Assembly (NCBI GenBank): GCA_046583315.1
Contig: JAYGCN010000175.1
Span: 1-12,723 of the forward strand
Source: Candidatus Hydrogenedentota bacterium
GTDB lineage: Bacteria > Hydrogenedentota > Hydrogenedentia > Hydrogenedentales > GCA-2746185
DNA: 12,723 nt
Reading direction: 5' to 3'
Shown: positions 6,918 to 12,723 of the stretch, piece after piece
Layout: each line of letters begins with the position of its first letter
Numbering within the stretch: position 1 is the stretch's first letter
The notes under the pieces: generated by a model
Told to the model about the DNA's origin: nothing
What the model saw: only the letters and a program-made list of their open reading frames with translations
Database searches by the model: none
Position numbers and translations under genes: made by a program

Positions 6918-8663
6918 TCAGCGTTTCGCGGGGCGCTCAATTTCCATCGTTTTCATCTTATGATACAACGTATTTCGCGCCATTCCAAGAGCCCGTGCCG
7001 TCTTTGCGATGTTCCAGTCGGTCTGTTCCAGGGTCTCCATAATCTGTTCTCTGTCAACGACAATTTCTCGGTAATGGTGATCCGCGGCGGTTGACGCAGC
7101 AGACGCGACCGATTGAGATGATAAAACCTCGTTTGGCAAGTGGCACTCATCGATATGCGTGTCGTGGCAAACGATAAATGCCCGCTCAATGGAATTTTCC
7201 AGCTCCCGGACATTGCCGGGCCAACGATAGCTCATCAGCTTATCCAGGGCGGCCGGTGTAAGTCCCACGATTTCTTTTGTCATGGACGTATTAAGTTTTT
7301 TGATGAAATGATCTGCCAAGGCCGGGATATCTTCGCGCCGTTCGCGCAGAGGCGGCACTTCGATGCGCACCACATTCAAACGATAATAGAGATCCTGTCT
7401 GAATTCCCCATTCTGTATCTTCGTCGGCAAATCCTGGTTTGTGGCCGCGATGACCCGCACATCTACTTTTCGAGATTGGGATTCGCCGACGCGCTCGAAT
7501 TCGCCGGATTGCAAAACCCGGAGAAGTCGCATTTGCAATCGAGGCGAGATATCTCCGATTTCATCGAGTAGAATCGTGCCTCCATCGGCCGCCTCAAAGC
7601 GCCCGACTCGATCGCGAAGGGCGCCGGTAAACGACCCTTTAACATGCCCGAACAGTTCACTCTCCAGTAGGTCGTCGGACAAGGCCGCGCAATTGACTTT
7701 CAAAAAAGCCTTGTCCGCACGGCTGCTGGTTTCGTGCAACGCCGTGGCGACGATTTCTTTTCCGGTACCGTTTTCGCCGCAAATCAACACCGTCGAATTG
7801 GTCTCGGATAGATCAGAGATCAACTGGGAAATATCCTGCATGCGTTTACTTTTGCCAAAGGTAGTGGAAAAACGCTGATCCCCTTGGACTTGTTCCTCAA
7901 GCCATGTGAGGCGAGTAATATCGCGGATGATGATCAGCGCGCCTTCTACCCCTTTGTCCGATTGCGGAATCGGGGACACGGTTGCATCGAACACACGCGA
8001 GGTACCCGGCAAACCGGCCCACTCAATCCGAATACCCCCCGTCTCTCGCCCTTTGCTTATGGCTTTAGTCAGTGCAGACTCCAGCATATGAAACGCCTCG
8101 GGCAGATAGGCGATGAGCGGATCCTTGGTTTCATGGTCGGTCGACAGACCTAGCAACTCCTGTGCGAAACCGTTGGCCTGACGCAAGTACAGATTCTCGT
8201 CAACCAATATCACACCAGCGTTAACGCCGTTAAAAATGGCTTCCAGATCACGCCGGAATCGATCCAGCGATGCGGCATACAACTCGCGTTCTTCTTCGAG
8301 TGCTTTCTGCGTGACCGCGAGCCGAACAACACGTTTGAGTTCGTGCTCGGTGACGGGCTTCGCAAGATAGTCGAAGGCCCCCAGTCGAACCGCATCCGAA
8401 GCCGTATCCACGTTGGGATCGCCCGTGACCATAATGACGCGCGTATCTTCGGAATGCTCCGAAATGTGTTTGAGTAAAGCGATTCCAGTCTTGCCGCCAA
8501 GAATGATGTCGGACACGACAACATCGATGGTCGCGTCCGCCAGATGCTTCTTGGCTTCATTATAATTCGACGCGGTAAACACGGCGTAGCCATCTTCCAG
8601 CAAAAATTGCTCGAAAGTCAGCCGCAATACATGTTCGTCTTCTACGATAAGGACAGATGCCAT
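6918..8663 (-). CDS. NtrC-family sigma-54-dependent response regulator (REC-PAS-AAA+-Fis HTH)
   Basis: REC (LIVEDE, VVSDII, MVTG, GAFDYLAKP); PAS-like insert (GVILVD...IIRDIT); Walker A GENGTGKE; ESELFGHVKGSFTGA; Walker B LLDEIGD; FRQDLYYRLNV; WPGNVRELEN; HTH WNIAKTARALGMARNTLYHKM. Confidence 0.96.
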   Translation of the reverse strand: MASVLIVEDEHVLRLTFEQFLLEDGYAVFTASNYNEAKKHLADATIDVVVSDIILGGKTGIALLKHISEHSEDTRVIMVTGDPNVDTASDAVRLGAFDYLAKPVTEHELKRVVRLAVTQKALEEERELYAASLDRFRRDLEAIFNGVNAGVILVDENLYLRQANGFAQELLGLSTDHETKDPLIAYLPEAFHMLESALTKAISKGRETGGIRIEWAGLPGTSRVFDATVSPIPQSDKGVEGALIIIRDITRLTWLEEQVQGDQRFSTTFGKSKRMQDISQLISDLSETNSTVLICGENGTGKEIVATALHETSSRADKAFLKVNCAALSDDLLESELFGHVKGSFTGALRDRVGRFEAADGGTILLDEIGDISPRLQMRLLRVLQSGEFERVGESQSRKVDVRVIAATNQDLPTKIQNGEFRQDLYYRLNVVRIEVPPLRERREDIPALADHFIKKLNTSMTKEIVGLTPAALDKLMSYRWPGNVRELENSIERAFIVCHDTHIDECHLPNEVLSSQSVASAASTAADHHYREIVVDREQIMETLEQTDWNIAKTARALGMARNTLYHKMKTMEIERPAKR

Positions 8664-8664
8664 G

Positions 8665-10206
8665 TCACTTTTCTTCCCGGTTCAGGTAAACGGGTATATC
8701 CACATTAAACGTGGTGTATTTTCCCAACTGCGTGTCAACCGTAATGGTGCCGTGGTGATTCTTGATGATGCCGTCCGACACCGACAATCCCAGCCCGGTA
8801 CCCAGATCGCGCCCCTTCGTCGTGAAAAAGGGATCGTAAATGCGCTCAAGATGCATCGGTGATATCCCGGTGCCATGATCGGTAACAGACAACCGTACGA
8901 ACTCAACACCATCGATGTTTCGCTTTTCGGCAGCGATAACCATTATTTTGTCCTTGTTGGGCCCATCGAACTTGTTGTCAAGCGCGTGGATAGCATTAAG
9001 AATCAGATTCATCAGGACCTGCTGGAGTTGTTCGCTGCGGCACTCGAGTCGAGGTAGCGATTCGGGAACATCTGTGTGCAGTGTAATGTGTGATTTTTCA
9101 ATGGTTTTGCTCGAAAGTGTCAATACCGTTTCGATAATGTCCGACACCCGCGCCGCACTGAACATGGACGTGTCCTGACGTGAAAAAGTCAACAGATCGC
9201 GCACGATTGTAGCAATCCGTTCAGCTTCCGATCGGATCAGTTCAGAGAATTCAGCCGTCTTGGAATTCGGCTCAGCCTGCTTAAGCAATATGTCAGCACA
9301 ATTGATAATGCCGTTCACAGGGTTATTGATTTCGTGACCCATCCCCGCAGCCAACTCCCCTATAGAGGCGAGTTTTGAGGCGTGTAACACTTTTTCTTCA
9401 GCCTCTTGATGGGCCAGCGCTTCACCCATAAGACGCGCGATCGCTTCAAGCAAGGATTGTCGATCTTCTACATGACCACGCACCGCTTCAGGGCCCGCAT
9501 CGGCATCCTGTATCAGGCACACTTCAAGCTTTCCACGCTTTCGCCCGTCAGTACGAATTTCCACGCGAAGAGCCCGCGGCGTAGATTGAAATAACGGGCT
9601 GCAGCAGGTCGTCTCGCCGATCGACAACCGGGTTCCTGTAACATCCGATTCACTCAGCGTACTATCAAGAATTTGCACGATCTCTTTGAGCACTTTTTCG
9701 GACAGATCGCTACCGCGCAAAAGCTCGCCGATGCGATAAAGACAATTGAGCTCTTTGTTGCGCCAGTTCAGTTCCTGCAACAATCGATCTTTCTCCAGTT
9801 GTGCATTTCGCTGCACGGTGATGTCGTGAAGCACGCCAGTGAAACGACGACGCCCTTCGACTTCCACCTCGCTAATTGACAGGTGCATGGGAAACGTAGA
9901 ACTATCCTTGCGGCGACCAATGACCTCGCGACCAATCCCGATCACTTTTTGCAGGCCGGTTCGCATGTAATTAGAAAGATAATCGTCATGCTCGCGGCTG
10001 AAGGGATCCGGCATCAGCATCTTGATATTGCGGCCCAACACCTCTTCGGACAAATAGCCGAACATGGTGCACGCTGCCGGGTTTATATACTCGACCAGCC
10101 CCCGCTCTCCAATGGTCACAATTCCATCGACAGCAGACTCCACCAAGCCCCACGCCCAGATTGAAGAATCCGGCTGCTTGTCCAATTCTGGCGTTTCGTC
10201 ACTCAT
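8665..10206 (-). CDS. PAS-domain sensor histidine kinase with FixL-like heme PAS, cytoplasmic
   Basis: PAS LMPDPFSREHDDYLSNY...VIGIGREVIGRRKDSSTFPMHLSISE; H-box GHEINNP; N-box NLILNA; DHGTGI; PFFTTK; GTGLGL; no TM helix. ATG 10206 preferred over GTG 10236 because GGAAGG lies upstream. Confidence 0.93.
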   Translation of the reverse strand: MSDETPELDKQPDSSIWAWGLVESAVDGIVTIGERGLVEYINPAACTMFGYLSEEVLGRNIKMLMPDPFSREHDDYLSNYMRTGLQKVIGIGREVIGRRKDSSTFPMHLSISEVEVEGRRRFTGVLHDITVQRNAQLEKDRLLQELNWRNKELNCLYRIGELLRGSDLSEKVLKEIVQILDSTLSESDVTGTRLSIGETTCCSPLFQSTPRALRVEIRTDGRKRGKLEVCLIQDADAGPEAVRGHVEDRQSLLEAIARLMGEALAHQEAEEKVLHASKLASIGELAAGMGHEINNPVNGIINCADILLKQAEPNSKTAEFSELIRSEAERIATIVRDLLTFSRQDTSMFSAARVSDIIETVLTLSSKTIEKSHITLHTDVPESLPRLECRSEQLQQVLMNLILNAIHALDNKFDGPNKDKIMVIAAEKRNIDGVEFVRLSVTDHGTGISPMHLERIYDPFFTTKGRDLGTGLGLSVSDGIIKNHHGTITVDTQLGKYTTFNVDIPVYLNREEK

Positions 10207-10262
10207 CAGAGAAGTACACCTTCCATTCGTTGCCACCTAAACAGCGGGCATCAATACTATTA

Positions 10263-10279
10263 TGCACTTTTCATGCCTA
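10263..10279 (-). promoter_or_regulatory. Weaker sigma-54 (-24/-12) promoter for the kinase/regulator operon
   Basis: Minus strand TAGGCAT-GAAAA-GTGCA with correct GG-N10-GC spacing; supported by the shared upstream site at matching distance. Confidence 0.55.
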
Positions 10280-10374
10280 ACTGAACAGTATCGCCCAAAA
10301 ACATATAAGGTATTATATAATAAGGCTTTACGAGCTACAGGACAGAATTGTAATTGAAACAATCCGCCCTTTCA

Positions 10375-10404
10375 GTGCATTTATGTTCCGAACACTTATG
10401 TTCA
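10375..10404. promoter_or_regulatory. Putative upstream activating sequence, copy 2 (weak plus strong site)
   Basis: GTGCATTTATGTTC-C-GAACACTTATGTTCA; the last 15 nt are the exact reverse complement of 5810-5824. Confidence 0.65.
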
Positions 10405-10517
10405 ATCCCGACCGCGTCCTAACGGACCCATTACCGCATGCTGATCCCTCTCGTATCTGTACTTATCCGAATCGAATTTGTAACCATAGGCCTTCAGGAA
10501 CGGAAGAGGAGTATCGC

Positions 10518-11240
10518 GTGAATCCATTGAATTCGTATCGAGTACATTGTTCTCTTCTACTAATCGCCATCATGGTTTCGGGATGCACATCGACTTCCCG
10601 ACAAGCCGCCGGGCTAATCGGTCACCTCGAAGCGGGTGACAAACGCACTATCGTAACCTATGGAACAAGCCTTACTGCGGAACCCTGGAGCACGTGGGTA
10701 AGCGATGTGCAAACCGAGCTCGACCGCGTCTATCCCGGACAGGTGACCATCATCAACGGCGCGAAGGGGGGTATGTGGTCGACCTGGGGCGTGGAAAATC
10801 TGGTGCCGCGCGTACTCCGGAAGAGACCCAACCTGGTGCTGATCGAATTCGGCATCAACGATGCCTATCTGGAATACGAGACTTCCGTCGAACAGGCCAG
10901 AGCAAACCTCATCGACATGATAAATGGCATCCAGCAATGGAACCCACGATGCGAGATAGTCCTGATGACAATGAATCCTCCGATCGAAGTTCATTTGGAG
11001 CGACGGCCGGATTATGAGGAGTACTACGAGATGTATCGAGACGTCGCGAAGGAACGAGCTTTGGTGCTCATTGATCACCAACGTCGCTGGGAGAAAATTC
11101 TTCGCAGAAAACCGGAACTCTTTGATCGCTACGTACCGGACGGCATTCATCCTGGTCCTGAAGGTTGCTCAGAGGTGATCGCGCCAGCTGTGTTGAAAGC
11201 ACTCGGCCTTCGAGCGCAATCGACACGAGCAACCGACTAA
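10518..11240 (+). CDS. SGNH/GDSL hydrolase family lipoprotein
   Basis: Blocks YGTSLT, AKGG, IEFGINDA, DGIHP. GTG start at 10518 follows GAGGAG and gives a signal peptide with lipobox VSG-C. Confidence 0.9.
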   Translation: MNPLNSYRVHCSLLLIAIMVSGCTSTSRQAAGLIGHLEAGDKRTIVTYGTSLTAEPWSTWVSDVQTELDRVYPGQVTIINGAKGGMWSTWGVENLVPRVLRKRPNLVLIEFGINDAYLEYETSVEQARANLIDMINGIQQWNPRCEIVLMTMNPPIEVHLERRPDYEEYYEMYRDVAKERALVLIDHQRRWEKILRRKPELFDRYVPDGIHPGPEGCSEVIAPAVLKALGLRAQSTRATD

Positions 11241-11241
11241 G

Positions 11242-12723
11242 ATGATTCAGATAACGCCTCTAATTTGCCTCATCACCTTGCTGTGCTCGCAGCTCACTAC
11301 GGTCGCGCAACCTAACGAGACCGAACGCGTCGTTCGCCTGATTCAGCAGCGCTGTGTGAAGTGTCACGGCGGTGAAATCGTGAACGGAGGGGTCGATTTT
11401 TCCAACCTCAACGACGAACTCGACGTTTGGAACCATCGTCACACCTTTGAAAAAGCGCTCGACATGCTGAAACGCGAGAAAATGCCACCGGATACCGAGC
11501 CGAAAATGCCCGGACCGATGCGCGACCTCATCGGCGGATGGATCGAGCATAGCCTGAACAACGTGGACATTAATCGAATCCCCAACGACCCCGGATTCTT
11601 GCCCCCGCGGCGTCTCAACCGAAATGAATACAATTTCACTGTGCAGGATCTCTTCGGCATCAACGCGACACCGGCCGATCAGCTTCCCCCGGACCAGGTC
11701 ATCGGGGATGCTTTCGACAATGATGCTTCAACCCTCACCGTCGAGCAACTGTGGTTCGAACGCGCGCTGGGCGTGGCGAAAGATACCGTGCGCGAGGTCT
11801 GGGCCAATTCCGATGCACTCGAAAAACTTCTCTTCATCGAACCCACGCCACCCGTCATCAGAGAGAAGGCTCTGTATACAACGGACTCGAGACAGGCGCG
11901 CAAGATCAATTTGAGCGGCCGTGATTTCACCGTATTGGCGCGAGTCAAGGGAACACCCGGACACATCTTTACCAAGTCACCCGTCGGCGCTGGCTTCACG
12001 CGCGGCGCGAAGCAATTATCCTTCGCAAGTAATTCCATCAGCTATAAAGTTCAGGTCGGTCGTGCCTTAAACGTCGATACCGTTGCGCTGGACGACGGCA
12101 ATGAACACCGAATTGCGTTACGCGTAGAAGACAAACGTGCCTCACTATTCCTGGACGGCCGGTTGCTCGTGAGTATAGCCGACTTCAACAAGACTGGTGG
12201 CGAGGATAATCTCTTCAAGATCGGAATGCCGGGGTCGCAGGAACGAGAAGAAGATTCCGAGGAGGAAGAGATAGACCCGGGAACCGAAGAGGCAGAAGCA
12301 GAGTACCCTGGTATTGAAGAGCTAAAATTCTTCCGCGAGGCGCTACCGACAAGCGCGGTGCTCGAATACACCGCAGGAAATGACGCTAGTCTCCCCGAGC
12401 CGTCATTCGACTGGCATGCCGGGATCAAAACGGATTACCCGGAGGAAATCTCTCCGCAACAGGCCGCAACAGAAGTCCTGGATCGTTTCCTGACCCGCGC
12501 GTTCCGACGTCCACCAACTGCGGACGAGATGCAACGTTATCTCGCGCTATTCGAAACAGGTTCCGCAACAGATTTTCCGTTTGATATTGCGATGCAATTA
12601 CCGATCACCGCTGCATTGTCTTCACCTTCGTTCCTGCTTCGCACCGAGACCACGCAAGATACAAACGATTCCTACCCTATTTCGAGTATCGACATGGCGA
12701 CGCGACTTTCCTATTTCCTGTGG
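11242..12723 (+). CDS. DUF1592-domain planctomycete-type cytochrome c protein (cyt c, DUF1587, LamG-like insert, DUF1595, DUF1592), 3' end beyond window
   Basis: Absent from the ORF track; translated by hand from ATG 11242, open for 494 codons: signal peptide, CVKCH (11353-11367), KMPP, PRRLNRNEYNFTVQDLFG, AFDN, RAFRRP, SSPSFL, MATRLSYFLW. Confidence 0.92.
   Translation, partial: MIQITPLICLITLLCSQLTTVAQPNETERVVRLIQQRCVKCHGGEIVNGGVDFSNLNDELDVWNHRHTFEKALDMLKREKMPPDTEPKMPGPMRDLIGGWIEHSLNNVDINRIPNDPGFLPPRRLNRNEYNFTVQDLFGINATPADQLPPDQVIGDAFDNDASTLTVEQLWFERALGVAKDTVREVWANSDALEKLLFIEPTPPVIREKALYTTDSRQARKINLSGRDFTVLARVKGTPGHIFTKSPVGAGFTRGAKQLSFASNSISYKVQVGRALNVDTVALDDGNEHRIALRVEDKRASLFLDGRLLVSIADFNKTGGEDNLFKIGMPGSQEREEDSEEEEIDPGTEEAEAEYPGIEELKFFREALPTSAVLEYTAGNDASLPEPSFDWHAGIKTDYPEEISPQQAATEVLDRFLTRAFRRPPTADEMQRYLALFETGSATDFPFDIAMQLPITAALSSPSFLLRTETTQDTNDSYPISSIDMATRLSYFLW

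Noticed and set aside
10422..10438. GG-N10-GC on the plus strand upstream of the SGNH gene
   Set aside because: Poor match to consensus and only about 20 bp from the upstream site.
10383..10517. N-terminal extension of the SGNH ORF
   Set aside because: Overlaps the operator motif; RBS and lipoprotein signal indicate GTG 10518.
11260..12428. Several short minus-strand ORFs
   Set aside because: Shadows of the plus-strand DUF1592 gene that the track missed because it has no stop in the window.

Overview
Chromosomal-looking bacterial window (roughly 55% GC by eye) with no mobile element, rRNA, tRNA or CRISPR. The gene set (Tat-exported Gfo/Idh/MocA enzymes, DUF1080, ceramidase-like protein, DUF1592 planctomycete-type cytochrome c protein) suggests a Planctomycetota/Hydrogenedentota-like organism (inference). 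Left, minus strand: exported carbohydrate-catabolism genes (ceramidase-like amidohydrolase, Gfo/Idh/MocA, tandem DUF1080, a second Gfo/Idh/MocA cut by the window edge). Centre, minus strand: FixL-like heme-PAS histidine kinase, REC-PAS-AAA+-HTH sigma-54 activator, tandem universal stress protein and a small secreted protein. Three -24/-12 promoter motifs lie in this block, and two of them share a 30-bp tandem upstream site at the same spacing. Right, plus strand: SGNH hydrolase lipoprotein and a truncated cytochrome c/DUF1587/LamG-like/DUF1595/DUF1592 protein. Best leads: a putative O2-responsive, autoregulated sigma-54 regulon whose operator is visible in the DNA; a multi-hairpin minus-strand RNA candidate at 4984-5250; and a palindromic doublet at 915-1018.
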